From contig CBIHOC010000028.1 in the NCBI GenBank assembly GCA_966211705.1, positions 13,767 to 77,766 on the forward strand: a stretch of 64,000 nucleotides of DNA, read 5' to 3'. Source of the stretch: an uncultured Chryseobacterium sp. GTDB taxonomy: Bacteria; Bacteroidota; Bacteroidia; Palsa-965. This document shows, in pieces, positions 35,724-45,272 of this stretch (the stretch's first letter is position 1; each line of letters begins with the position of its first letter). The notes under the pieces were generated by a model. It ran no database searches. It saw nothing but the letters and a program-made list of their open reading frames with translations, and was not told the origin of the DNA. A program made the translations under genes and the position numbers.

Positions 35724-36782
35724 ATGCAACGTTTTCTTTTAGCGACTTTTTTGTTTCTCTCCGGCGGGCTTTCGGCGCAGGTGGATTCGTTTATTGTGGA
35801 AGGCAAGATGTTCAAATTTGAAATCCCGCAGGATTGGGTGCTGGAGGGGATTGCGGACGGTTTAGTAAATAATCGAAATGGGTGGAATCTAATACTAAGT
35901 CATGCGGTTCAGACAAAAAAAGTGAATGCAAAAATCTATGTTGGCTTTAGAAATTATTTTTCTTTCCCTGAAGCCAAAAGTGGAGGGCGTCTGAAACCAG
36001 AGATCAATAAAATAATCGATACTTCTTTTCTGCCTATAATTAGACTGGAATATCTCAATGGAGGAAACGCGTTTCATCCAGACAAATGGACAAATTGTGA
36101 TTTGATCCAATTAAACGACTCCGTGGTGTTACAGGTAATTGTTGTTTTTACAGGTCCCCGAACATACCTGGATACAATAACGCAAACTCATAACAGCTTT
36201 TCGAGCAAATTCAGGAAGAGCAATCGTACACAGCTTTTCTCGCTGACACCTTTAGGGCTTTTTACGAGTAACTATTCCGTAAAGGCGATTAACATTGGTC
36301 AAAATCAATTTAAGTATCGACTACCAGATTCCTGGAACACGATATCAACTTCTGTCGCAGACTCTCTTTCATTAGAAATACAATATAAATCAACACATTG
36401 TATTAACAGCAAGATTAGGGTATGGCAAATAGATTCCGTTCCATTTAATTCCGAGTCATGCATTCGGATTAACCCTGCCCGAAACGACGGGTATTTCAAC
36501 CCAAATCCAAGGCTGCCTACAATATGGCACGATACCATTGCAGGACGTCCAGGTTTTTTTTCTGAAGTAACAGCAAATTCCAGCTGTAAAAAGGGCTACG
36601 TAGATGTGACTTTAAAATGTTATGTAAATAGCGGGAATAAATATAAAAGAGGAACTAGTCTTGCATTCGAAATCACTTTTACCACAAACAGTCTTATTAA
36701 TAAAGGGTACTATGAAAAAGCGTTACAAAGGTTCGCCAGTATTTTTATTTACGAAAATATTTATGTTCTGAATTCACAGTAA
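35724..36782 (+). CDS. hypothetical secreted protein; GC-rich 5' end then AT-rich body
   Basis: Signal peptide MQRFLLATFLFLSGGLSAQ. Composition drops from about 60% GC to about 40% GC near 35870. Confidence 0.5.
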   Translation: MQRFLLATFLFLSGGLSAQVDSFIVEGKMFKFEIPQDWVLEGIADGLVNNRNGWNLILSHAVQTKKVNAKIYVGFRNYFSFPEAKSGGRLKPEINKIIDTSFLPIIRLEYLNGGNAFHPDKWTNCDLIQLNDSVVLQVIVVFTGPRTYLDTITQTHNSFSSKFRKSNRTQLFSLTPLGLFTSNYSVKAINIGQNQFKYRLPDSWNTISTSVADSLSLEIQYKSTHCINSKIRVWQIDSVPFNSESCIRINPARNDGYFNPNPRLPTIWHDTIAGRPGFFSEVTANSSCKKGYVDVTLKCYVNSGNKYKRGTSLAFEITFTTNSLINKGYYEKALQRFASIFIYENIYVLNSQ

Positions 36783-36848
36783 AGTGCGCTTTCCTGCCTA
36801 GAATAACGACAGCTTTCATATCCAAAAAAGAATCTTTGAATTGTTGAA

Positions 36849-39800
36849 TCACTGAATCTTCTCACACTTCCTCCCCTCACCGACCAAAATCGACATGATC
36901 GCCGTCCGTATCCCCATCTTCGCCAGCTTGTTCACTTCCGCATCGGGATAAACGCGGTTCGACAAAAACACGTAAACGATTCCCGTCTCAGGGTCGGCCC
37001 ATGTTTGTGTGCCGGTGAAGCCCTGGTGGCCGAAGCTCGCGGGTGAGATGCTGTCGCAGGCCGGGTTGGGCTTGTCTTTGTTCGTCTCGGGCTTGTCGAA
37101 GCCGAGGCCGCGGCGGTTGCCGTTGTATTGTGCGCGGGTGAACTCGTTCACGGTTGCTTCTTTGAAGTAACGTTTGCCGCCGTACGTGCCGCCGTTGAGG
37201 AACAGCTGCATCATCACGGCCACGTCGTTCGCGTTGCTGAACACGCCGGCATGGCCGCCGATGCCGCCCATCAGCGCGGCGCCCTGGTCGTGCACATCGG
37301 CCTGCAGCTGGCGTTTGCGCCACACTTTATCGTTCTCCGTGGGTGCGCAGCGGGCGCTGGGGAAACGCAGGCGCGGCTGGTAGCCCATCGTGGGCAGACC
37401 GAGCGGTGCGTAGAAGGTGGTCATCGCGTGCGCGCTGAGCAGCGTGTCGGCGTCTTCCTCGATGATCTCCTTCAGGTAATAATAGCCGAGATCGCTGTAG
37501 AGGAACTTGTGCTCGCTGCTCACCGGGCTGTCGTTGATGCGCTTGTAGATGGTGTCGGTGTAGCCTTTGCGGACGAACATGCCGGGGGCGACGTACATCG
37601 GGAATGAATCGCTGAACGATTTCTGGAACATGCCTTTCTTCAGCGTGCCGTCTTTTTCCATCGTGCGCAGGTAGAACGGGATCCACGCCTGCAGCCCGGC
37701 CTGGTGCGCCAGCATTTCGCGGAGGATGATGCTGTCCTTGTTGGTTCCTTTCACCATCGGCAGGTACGTGCCGAGCCGCCCGTCCACGTTCAGCTTGTTC
37801 TCGTCCACCAGCTGCATCACGCACGGCACCGTGGCCACGATCTTCGTGATCGACGCGATGTCGTAGAGATCGAGGTTGCTGACGCGGCGCTTTTTTTCGT
37901 AGGTGAAATGACCGTACGATTTATTCAGGAACACTTTCCCGTCTTTCGCCGCAAACACCTGGCAGCCGGGATACGCATGTTCCTTAATTCCCTCCGCTAC
38001 GATGGAATCGATGCGCTCCAACGCTTCGCGGCTGAAACCGATCTCTTCGGGCATGGTGTATTTGAAACGCGTCGCGGGCGGCGTGGAAATGCCGCTTCCC
38101 GCCGGCCACATGTTCGTCGACACCGGCAAGCGCCCGGAAGCGCTCACGCCGCCGAACAAAACCTGCGCGGACAGATCTTCGCAATACTCCTCGCTCTGGT
38201 ACGAAAGCAGCACCGCGGAACAACGCTCGTGCCCGGGCAGCGCATTCAACGCGTACGGCGGACCGAACACGTCGAGCACCACTGTTTTCCCCGTAGCCAG
38301 CACAAGGTTCAGCAGTTCACGGTCGATATCTTCGAGCGCCGCATCTTTCACCGAACGCTGCGCCAGCTTGTGCATGCTGAGGATGATCACGTTGAAATCC
38401 TTCAATTTTTTCATCAGCGTGTCTTTCTCCGCCTGTTTCGCATCGCGCCTGATGCTGAACGGAGCCACGTTCGTGTAAACGCCGAGCCGGTCCTGGAAAA
38501 CCGTCGAGCCGCGCACGCCGATGGCCACGGAAGCGATCTTCAGCGTGTCGGGACGCATGAACGGGATGAGGGAATTGTCGTTCTTCAGCAGCGTTGCGGA
38601 ATGTTCGGCAATGTCGCGGCAGAGCAAATTCGCTTCCTGCGTGTTCAGGTCGCGGTAAAGATTTTTCACCTTTACCAGCTTCTGCTTGTCGAGGCCGCAC
38701 CATTTTTTCACCATCAATATTTTCCTGCACCGCGCGTCGATCTCTTCCTGCGTGATCTCGCCTTTCGCGATGGAGGCTTTGATCATTTGCACCGCTTTGG
38801 GAACGTTGCCGGAAAACAGCAGCATGTCGTTGCCCGCGAGCAGGGCTTTGACGTCCACTTCTCCCGGCGCGAAATAATTGCTAACGCCTTTCATGTTCAG
38901 CGCATCGGTGAAAATGAGGCCGCGGAACGAAAGTTTTTCCTTCAGCAATTCCGTCACGACGTTTTTTGAAAGCGTAGTCGGCGTATTCAAAGCTGTATCG
39001 TACGCGGGAATGTTGAGGTGCGCCACCATCATGCTCCCGAGACCGGCATCGATCATGCGTTTGAACGGGTACAGCTCCAGCGAATCGAGGCGCTCTTTCG
39101 TGTGGCTGATGACGGGCAATGTTTTGTGCGAATCGCTGTCGGTGTCGCCGTGGCCGGGAAAATGTTTCCCGCAGGCCAGCACGCCGCCATCCTGCAGGCC
39201 GTTCATGTATAGGATCGCCTTGTCGGCCACGCGGTATTTATCTTCCCCGAACGAGCGCGTGCCGATCACGGGATTTTTCGGGTTGTTGTTCACGTCGGCC
39301 ACCGGTGAAAAGCTCACATGCACGCCGAGGCGTTTGCATTCCCGCGCCATTTCTTTCCCCAGCTCGTAGATCAGCGAATCGTTCTGCATGGCGCCCATCG
39401 TCATCTGCATCGGGAATTCCGGCGTGCTGTCGAGGCGCATGGCCAGCCCCCACTCCGCGTCCATCGCGATGAGCAGCGGCACGGAAGAAAGTTTCTGGTA
39501 TTTGTTCGTGAGGTTCGCCTGCCGCACCGGCCCGCCCTGCATGAAAATGAGGCCGCCGACCTTGTTGTTGCGGATGAGGCTGGTGACTTCTTTAATATGC
39601 GCGGCGTCTTTGTTCGACCACGCCGCCGTCATGAACAGCTGGCCAATGCGTTCTTCCGGCGTCAATTTGCGCATGATGGAATCCACCCACGCGTCCGCTT
39701 CATGGGCAAAAAACGGCGGGGCCGAAAAGCGTTCGGGCAATTGCGCCGGCGCATCGGGTTCATAATAGCCTGTAGCCGCGGGACTTTGGAGCAGCACGGG

Positions 39801-39851
39801 CACGGGCAGCAACAGCAAAAAGCAAATAAGGGTCAGCGATAATTTTCTCAT
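36849..39851 (-). CDS. glycoside hydrolase family 3 (NagZ-like beta-N-acetylhexosaminidase) fused to a serine hydrolase/beta-lactamase-family domain
   Basis: N-terminal half has GH3 motifs (KHFPGHGDTDSDSH, FTDALNMKG). C-terminal half has a class C/DD-peptidase-like S-x-x-K (ASITK) plus YSD/GHQG motifs. About 1000 aa. Confidence 0.8.
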   Translation of the reverse strand: MRKLSLTLICFLLLLPVPVLLQSPAATGYYEPDAPAQLPERFSAPPFFAHEADAWVDSIMRKLTPEERIGQLFMTAAWSNKDAAHIKEVTSLIRNNKVGGLIFMQGGPVRQANLTNKYQKLSSVPLLIAMDAEWGLAMRLDSTPEFPMQMTMGAMQNDSLIYELGKEMARECKRLGVHVSFSPVADVNNNPKNPVIGTRSFGEDKYRVADKAILYMNGLQDGGVLACGKHFPGHGDTDSDSHKTLPVISHTKERLDSLELYPFKRMIDAGLGSMMVAHLNIPAYDTALNTPTTLSKNVVTELLKEKLSFRGLIFTDALNMKGVSNYFAPGEVDVKALLAGNDMLLFSGNVPKAVQMIKASIAKGEITQEEIDARCRKILMVKKWCGLDKQKLVKVKNLYRDLNTQEANLLCRDIAEHSATLLKNDNSLIPFMRPDTLKIASVAIGVRGSTVFQDRLGVYTNVAPFSIRRDAKQAEKDTLMKKLKDFNVIILSMHKLAQRSVKDAALEDIDRELLNLVLATGKTVVLDVFGPPYALNALPGHERCSAVLLSYQSEEYCEDLSAQVLFGGVSASGRLPVSTNMWPAGSGISTPPATRFKYTMPEEIGFSREALERIDSIVAEGIKEHAYPGCQVFAAKDGKVFLNKSYGHFTYEKKRRVSNLDLYDIASITKIVATVPCVMQLVDENKLNVDGRLGTYLPMVKGTNKDSIILREMLAHQAGLQAWIPFYLRTMEKDGTLKKGMFQKSFSDSFPMYVAPGMFVRKGYTDTIYKRINDSPVSSEHKFLYSDLGYYYLKEIIEEDADTLLSAHAMTTFYAPLGLPTMGYQPRLRFPSARCAPTENDKVWRKRQLQADVHDQGAALMGGIGGHAGVFSNANDVAVMMQLFLNGGTYGGKRYFKEATVNEFTRAQYNGNRRGLGFDKPETNKDKPNPACDSISPASFGHQGFTGTQTWADPETGIVYVFLSNRVYPDAEVNKLAKMGIRTAIMSILVGEGRKCEKIQ

Positions 39852-40020
39852 CTCGGGAGGGCTGGGAAGCGCTAAAACAAAGGATTTCAACGGAAATTTA
39901 AAAGTAAAACAAAGGATATGCCGCTTTCCCGTACAAGAAGCGACTTTTCAACAAATTAATTGTTGATGAAGCGGAGAATTAAGAATAGTTAACAGGTGTG
40001 GGGAAATTTTGAATAAGCGT

Positions 40021-40130
40021 GGAGAAAGGTATTAGGTGTTAGGGCTTAGGTATTAGGATTTAGGAATTAGGAATAAATATAACACCCCAGCCTAATACCT
40101 AAGTCCTAAGACCTAAGACCTAAGTCCTAT
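40021..40130. repeat. second TTAGG-unit palindrome, abutting the mutL promoter
   Basis: GTATTAGGTGTTAGGGCTTAGGTATTAGGATTTAGGAATTAGGAAT - loop - CCAGCCTAATACCTAAGTCCTAAGACCTAAGACCTAAGTCCTA. Confidence 0.9.
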
Positions 40131-40134
40131 TACT

Positions 40135-40142
40135 TACCTTTG
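40135..40142 (+). promoter_or_regulatory. -7 box TACCTTTG, 23 nt upstream of the mutL ATG
   Basis: Matches TAnnTTTG, immediately downstream of the palindrome. Confidence 0.4.
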
Positions 40143-40165
40143 GAGAGAAATTTTACTGCCCGGAA

Positions 40166-42064
40166 ATGCCCGATATCATTCGCCTCCTTCCTGATTCCGT
40201 CGCCAACCAGATCGCAGCCGGCGAGGTCGTCCAGCGGCCTGCTTCTGCCGTGAAGGAATTGCTCGAGAATGCGGTGGATGCGGGCGCGACGTCGGTCAAG
40301 CTCATCATCAAAGACGCAGGCCGCACGCTCATCCAGGTGGTCGACGACGGCTGCGGCATGTCGGACACCGACGCGCGCCTTTCCTTCGAACGCCACGCCA
40401 CGTCGAAGATCCGTTCCGCCGACGATCTCTTTAAAATTAAGACCATGGGCTTCCGCGGCGAAGCGCTCGCTTCCATCGCGGCGATTGCGCAGGTGGAATT
40501 GAAAACGAAACGCCCGGAAGACGAAGCGGGTACCTGCATCTCCATCGACGGCAGCGTGTTCCAATCGCAGGAGCCGTGCGCGATGGCGACGGGAACTTCC
40601 TTCTCCATCAAAAATCTTTTTTACAACGTTCCCGCCCGCCGCAACTTCCTGAAGTCCGACGCGGTGGAATTCCGCCACATCGTGGAAGAGTTCGAGCGCG
40701 TGGCGTTCGCGCATCCGCACATCTCGTTTTCACTGGTGCACAACGGGAACGAAGTGTTCAACGTGGCGAAAGGAAATTCCGCCGACTGGCAGGCCGGGCT
40801 GCGCCAGCGCATCGTGGCGTTATATGGCAACCCATACAACCAGCGCCTCGTGCCGGTGGAGGAATCCACGGACATCGTGCGCGTGACGGGATACGTGGGC
40901 AAGCCGGAATTCGCGAAGCGCACGCGGGGCGAACAATTCTTTTTCCTCAACAAGCGCTTCATCAAAAGCGGCTATCTCCATCATGCCGTGCAGGCCGCGT
41001 TCGAACAGTTGCTCCCGCCCGACAGCCACGCGACGTATTTCCTCTTCCTCGACGTCGACCCGAAAACGATCGACGTGAACATTCACCCCACAAAAACGGA
41101 AGTGAAGTTCGAGGACGAGCGTTCCGTTTATGCCATTCTCCGCTCCTCGGTGAAACGCGCGCTGGGGCAATACAACATCGCGCCCACGCTTGATTTCGAG
41201 CAGGAGATGAGCATGGAAATTCCGTGGAGGCCGAACATGAATCCCGTTTCCGCGCCGGGCATTACCGTTGACCCGAACTACAACCCGTTTGCATCGAACA
41301 ACGCCGACACGGCCCCGGGAAATTCGTGGGGCGGAACGAAATCGCCGCTTCCTTCCCGCGAAAAAGCCAACACGGACAACTGGCAGGAAATGTTCGCGTC
41401 GCACATGCAGTCCATGCAGGGCGACGAACCCGCCACGCACGAAAGCCGCCAGCAGGTGCTCCACAGCGACTTCGAGACCGCCGGGGAACACAAAGGCAAC
41501 ACGTCCGGCATCTGGCAATTGCACGAGCGTTACATCCTCACGCCCATCAAGTCGGGCATTCTTGTGATCGACCAGCAGCGCGCGCACGAGCGCATTCTTT
41601 TCGAACGTTACCTCCGCGCGCTCGAGCAGCGCCAGTCGAACACGCAGCAACTGCTGTTCCCCGAAACGCTGGAATTTTCCACGGCAGATACGGCTTTGCT
41701 CACGCCACTGCTCGACGACATCAACGCGCTGGGCTTCGACCTGCAGCCGTTCGGCAGCAACACGTTCGTCGTGCACGGCGTTCCGGCGGGAACGGAAGAG
41801 ACCGGCTGCGCGCAGTTGCTCGAAGGCATGCTGGAATTGTACAAGGAGAACCAGCAGGAGCTGCACCTCCAGCCAAGGGAAAACATTGCCCGCTCGCTTG
41901 CCCGCCAGGCCGCGGTAAAGCCGGGGCGTTCGCTTACGATGCAGGAAATGCAGGCGCTGGCGGATGAACTGTTCGCGTGTGAAACGCCTTCGCACGCGCC
42001 CGACGGAAAACCCGCGTTCATCAACTTCCCGATCGCGGAGCTGGATAAGCGGTTCAAGCGGTGA
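40166..42064 (+). CDS. mutL: DNA mismatch repair protein MutL
   Basis: MPDIIRLLPDSVANQIAAGEVVQRPASAVKELLENAVDAGAT... GHKL ATPase domain. C-terminal dimerisation region. Confidence 0.95.
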   Translation: MPDIIRLLPDSVANQIAAGEVVQRPASAVKELLENAVDAGATSVKLIIKDAGRTLIQVVDDGCGMSDTDARLSFERHATSKIRSADDLFKIKTMGFRGEALASIAAIAQVELKTKRPEDEAGTCISIDGSVFQSQEPCAMATGTSFSIKNLFYNVPARRNFLKSDAVEFRHIVEEFERVAFAHPHISFSLVHNGNEVFNVAKGNSADWQAGLRQRIVALYGNPYNQRLVPVEESTDIVRVTGYVGKPEFAKRTRGEQFFFLNKRFIKSGYLHHAVQAAFEQLLPPDSHATYFLFLDVDPKTIDVNIHPTKTEVKFEDERSVYAILRSSVKRALGQYNIAPTLDFEQEMSMEIPWRPNMNPVSAPGITVDPNYNPFASNNADTAPGNSWGGTKSPLPSREKANTDNWQEMFASHMQSMQGDEPATHESRQQVLHSDFETAGEHKGNTSGIWQLHERYILTPIKSGILVIDQQRAHERILFERYLRALEQRQSNTQQLLFPETLEFSTADTALLTPLLDDINALGFDLQPFGSNTFVVHGVPAGTEETGCAQLLEGMLELYKENQQELHLQPRENIARSLARQAAVKPGRSLTMQEMQALADELFACETPSHAPDGKPAFINFPIAELDKRFKR

Positions 42065-42446
42065 TCAAAAAATTCAAGATTCAAAATCACTGTTGTCCGG
42101 GAAACTTTTTGCTACGACAAAGTCACCGTGTTGATCGAAAAAGCGAGGCCACGAAGGCACGAAGACACTAAGGAAAGGCAGGAAGTCAATGGAAAAATTC
42201 TTTGTGAAACTTTGCGTCTTTCTGCCTTTGTGGCCTCGAAGCCCTGTTCGGGCAGAAAGTCCTGTAACGCTGTAAAATGAATCATTCCGGAGCATTTGTC
42301 AATTTTATCCCGGACAACAATGATTCAAAATTCAAGATTCAAATTGTCACTGATGGTGAGTAACGAATACCCGATCACCAAATCTTTGAATCTTGAATAG
42401 TCCCGAGTACTCGGGACGCTTGAATCTTTAACTTTACGGGAAATTC

Positions 42447-43133
42447 GTGAGCTACCGCCGCTATACTCCAACATCCAGCAACCGCATGCCGCCCGCGGTG
42501 CTGAACCTGATCATCCTCAACGTGATCCTGTTCGTCACCAAGCAGCTCGCCGGGGAACGCGTCAACCTCGATTACGAGCTCGGCCTGCACCATCCCTGGT
42601 CGCCGGATTTTCACTGGTACCAGTACATCACGAGCCTGTTCATGCATGGCGATTTCGGTCACCTGGCGTTCAACATGCTCGGCCTGTGGATGTTCGGACA
42701 CATGCTGGAAAACGCGTACGGGCTGAAACGTTTTCTCATTTTCTATTTCATTTCAGGACTCGGCGCCTCGCTCATTTACCAGGTGTGGATCTCGATCGTG
42801 CGGTACAATCTTTTCGAGGGCGCGATGAGCTTTACGGAGGTGATGAATATGTTTCCCCCGGAAAATTACCTGATCGGCGCTTCCGGCGCGGTGTACGGGC
42901 TGATGATGGGTGCTGCGCTGCTGTTTCCCAATACCGAAATGTATTTCATGGGCTTCATGGGCATACCGATCAAACTGAAATGGCTGGCGGTGATCTACGG
43001 CGGCGGCGAGCTCATCCGTGCGTACCAGTCGGAAAGCGGCGACAACGTGGCGCACCTCGCGCACATCGGTGGAATGATTTTTGGGTTTATTCTGGTGAAA
43101 ATTTATGCGCGCGATAAAACGCACTTTTACTGA
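42447..43133 (+). CDS. rhomboid family intramembrane serine protease
   Basis: GASGAVYGLMM (Ser) and AHLAHIGGMIFG (His) motifs in TM helices. Start could be the internal M at 42486. Confidence 0.75.
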   Translation: MSYRRYTPTSSNRMPPAVLNLIILNVILFVTKQLAGERVNLDYELGLHHPWSPDFHWYQYITSLFMHGDFGHLAFNMLGLWMFGHMLENAYGLKRFLIFYFISGLGASLIYQVWISIVRYNLFEGAMSFTEVMNMFPPENYLIGASGAVYGLMMGAALLFPNTEMYFMGFMGIPIKLKWLAVIYGGGELIRAYQSESGDNVAHLAHIGGMIFGFILVKIYARDKTHFY

Positions 43134-43136
43134 GCT

Positions 43137-44009
43137 ATGAGCATTACCCGTGACATACGGATGGCCCTCCGGGGAACCTACGGGGCGCTGATACGGCTGA
43201 TCGTCATCAACGTGGTGGTGTTTCTCGGCGTGAACATTTTCGCCCAGTCGCTGATCATTTCCGGCTACCGCGACGTGGAAGCGGATCACGCCGTGTCGTA
43301 TTGGGTGGCGCTTCCTTCGGGCATTTCCGACGTGCCGGGGCGCATCTGGACGCTTTTCACCTACATGTTCGTGCATTTCGGCCTGCTGCACATCCTTTCG
43401 AACATGCTGTGGCTCTATTTCCTCGGCCGCGTGTTCAGCGACCTGCTGGGCGGTGCGCGTCTTACCGCAGTTTACATCATCGGCGGGCTGGCGGGCGGGC
43501 TGCTGTTCATTGCGGGCGATGCGATCCTTCCCGGCGGGGGAAACCACTCGCTGGTGGGCGCGTCGGCGGGCGTAACGGCGATCGTCGTGGCGGCGGCGGC
43601 GTTCAGCCCGGATTACACGATGTTCCCGTTCGGCCAGCGCATGAAGCTGAAATGGGTGGCGCTGATCATGATCGTGCTCACCACGCTCATCGGGCTGTCG
43701 GAAAACACCGGCGGGAAAGTGGCGCACATGGGCGGCGCGATCTTCGGCTTCATTTACGGCGCGCGCATGCGTACACGCGGCAATTTTATGGAAGGGTTCA
43801 CCGGCCTGTTCCGGAAAAAAAGCGGCAAGCTCCGCGTCGAGCACAGCCGTTCCCGCTCGGCCCGCACAAGCGATGAAGTGTACGTGGAGCAGAAATTAAC
43901 GATCCGCAAACGTGTCGACGAGATCCTCGACAAGATCTCACGCTCCGGCTACGACAGCCTGACGCGGGAGGAGAAAAATTTCCTCCAGAAGAACCACGAC
44001 AAATTCTGA
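43137..44009 (+). CDS. rhomboid family intramembrane serine protease with C-terminal soluble extension
   Basis: GASAGVTAI and AHMGGAIFG motifs. Confidence 0.75.
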   Translation: MSITRDIRMALRGTYGALIRLIVINVVVFLGVNIFAQSLIISGYRDVEADHAVSYWVALPSGISDVPGRIWTLFTYMFVHFGLLHILSNMLWLYFLGRVFSDLLGGARLTAVYIIGGLAGGLLFIAGDAILPGGGNHSLVGASAGVTAIVVAAAAFSPDYTMFPFGQRMKLKWVALIMIVLTTLIGLSENTGGKVAHMGGAIFGFIYGARMRTRGNFMEGFTGLFRKKSGKLRVEHSRSRSARTSDEVYVEQKLTIRKRVDEILDKISRSGYDSLTREEKNFLQKNHDKF

Positions 44010-44022
44010 CCCGCCCCCGGCT

Positions 44023-45189
44023 TTGACCGAAAACACGATACATACTGATCCCTCTGCCGAAGTTCCCGCGAAGAAAACCGTGCCGCGCAAAAAGCTGGGC
44101 TGGTTCAACCGCGTGGTGCTCGGCCTGAACTGGTTTGCGATCGCCGGGCTTGCGCTTGCGTGCCTGGCACCGCTGGTGAGCCCCGCGGTATTCTGGCCGC
44201 TCGCGTTCTTCGGCCTGCTGTTTCCCGCGTTCGTAGTGCTCAACCTGCTTTTCCTCGTGTGGTGGTCGGTGCGGAAACGCCGGCAATTCGTTTACACGCT
44301 CGCCATATTGCTCCTCAGCCTGCCTTATTTCGGAACGCAGCTGCGCATCCGCTTCGGCGGTCCCGGTCCCGCGCCGGAAAAATCGTTCACCGCGATGAGC
44401 TACAACGTCAAGCTGTTCGACCTGTACAACTGGAGCGGAAACAAGCAGACCCGCGCGAAAATGTTCGACATCATCCACGGTGAAAAACCGGACATTCTCT
44501 GCCTGCAGGAATTTTTCAACGAAGACTCCGGCGATTTCCGCAACCTCGATTCCCTGCGCAGCCTGCTGCAGCTCCCGCACGTGCACAAAGAATACACCAT
44601 CACGCTCCGCAAAACCGATCACTGGGGACTCGCCACGTTCAGCCGCTATCCCATCATCGGCCAGGGCAAGATCGTTTTCAACAACCGCAACAACAACATG
44701 TGCATCTACACCGACATCGTGATCGGGAAAGACACGTTGCGCGTGTACAACATGCATTTACAGTCGGTGAATTTCGGATACGCCGATTACAAATTCATTT
44801 CCCAGCTGAAAAGCGGTGAAGAAGCCGAAGATGAAGTGGAGAACACAAAAAACATTTTACGCCGCATGAAACGCGCCTCCACCAAACGCGCCCGCCAGTC
44901 GGAGTCCATCGCCACGCACATCGCCGCCTGCCCCTACCCCGTCATCGTCTGCGGCGATTTCAACGACACGCCCGTTTCCTATTGCTACCGCACCATTTCC
45001 GGCGGCCTCGACGATGCGTTCATGGAATCCGGCAGCGGCTTCGGCAAAACATTCATCAACCCGTTCCCCGTGCCGCGCATCGACTACATCCTGCACAGCC
45101 CGGCGTTCAAGTCGTGGGAATTCAAAACCGTCGAAGCGGATGGCTTGTCGGATCATTACCCGGTGGTGTGTAAGATTTCTAAACAGTGA
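44023..45189 (+). CDS. endonuclease/exonuclease/phosphatase (EEP) family membrane protein
   Basis: N-terminal TM helices, then MSYNVKLF...ILCLQEF...SDHYPV EEP motifs. Confidence 0.75.
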   Translation: MTENTIHTDPSAEVPAKKTVPRKKLGWFNRVVLGLNWFAIAGLALACLAPLVSPAVFWPLAFFGLLFPAFVVLNLLFLVWWSVRKRRQFVYTLAILLLSLPYFGTQLRIRFGGPGPAPEKSFTAMSYNVKLFDLYNWSGNKQTRAKMFDIIHGEKPDILCLQEFFNEDSGDFRNLDSLRSLLQLPHVHKEYTITLRKTDHWGLATFSRYPIIGQGKIVFNNRNNNMCIYTDIVIGKDTLRVYNMHLQSVNFGYADYKFISQLKSGEEAEDEVENTKNILRRMKRASTKRARQSESIATHIAACPYPVIVCGDFNDTPVSYCYRTISGGLDDAFMESGSGFGKTFINPFPVPRIDYILHSPAFKSWEFKTVEADGLSDHYPVVCKISKQ

Positions 45190-45264
45190 TCGGTTGTCCG
45201 GTCTTCGGTTATTACCATACCGACAACTGACAACCGACAACCTTTGACAACCTTAGACAACCGA
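45176..45264. repeat. 17-bp perfect inverted repeat (AACAGTGATCGGTTGTC / GACAACCGATCACTGTT) flanking GACAAC repeats between convergent genes
   Basis: Read directly. It overlaps the EEP stop codon. The loop contains ACCGACAACTGACAACCGACAACCTTTGACAACCTTAGACAACC. Confidence 0.85.
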
Positions 45265-45272
45265 TCACTGTT

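Noticed and set aside
40820-41995. 391-aa minus-strand ORF inside mutL; 42753..43844 and 43798..44757 minus ORFs
   Set aside because: They are antisense to mutL, the rhomboid genes and the EEP gene, all of which have strong motif support.
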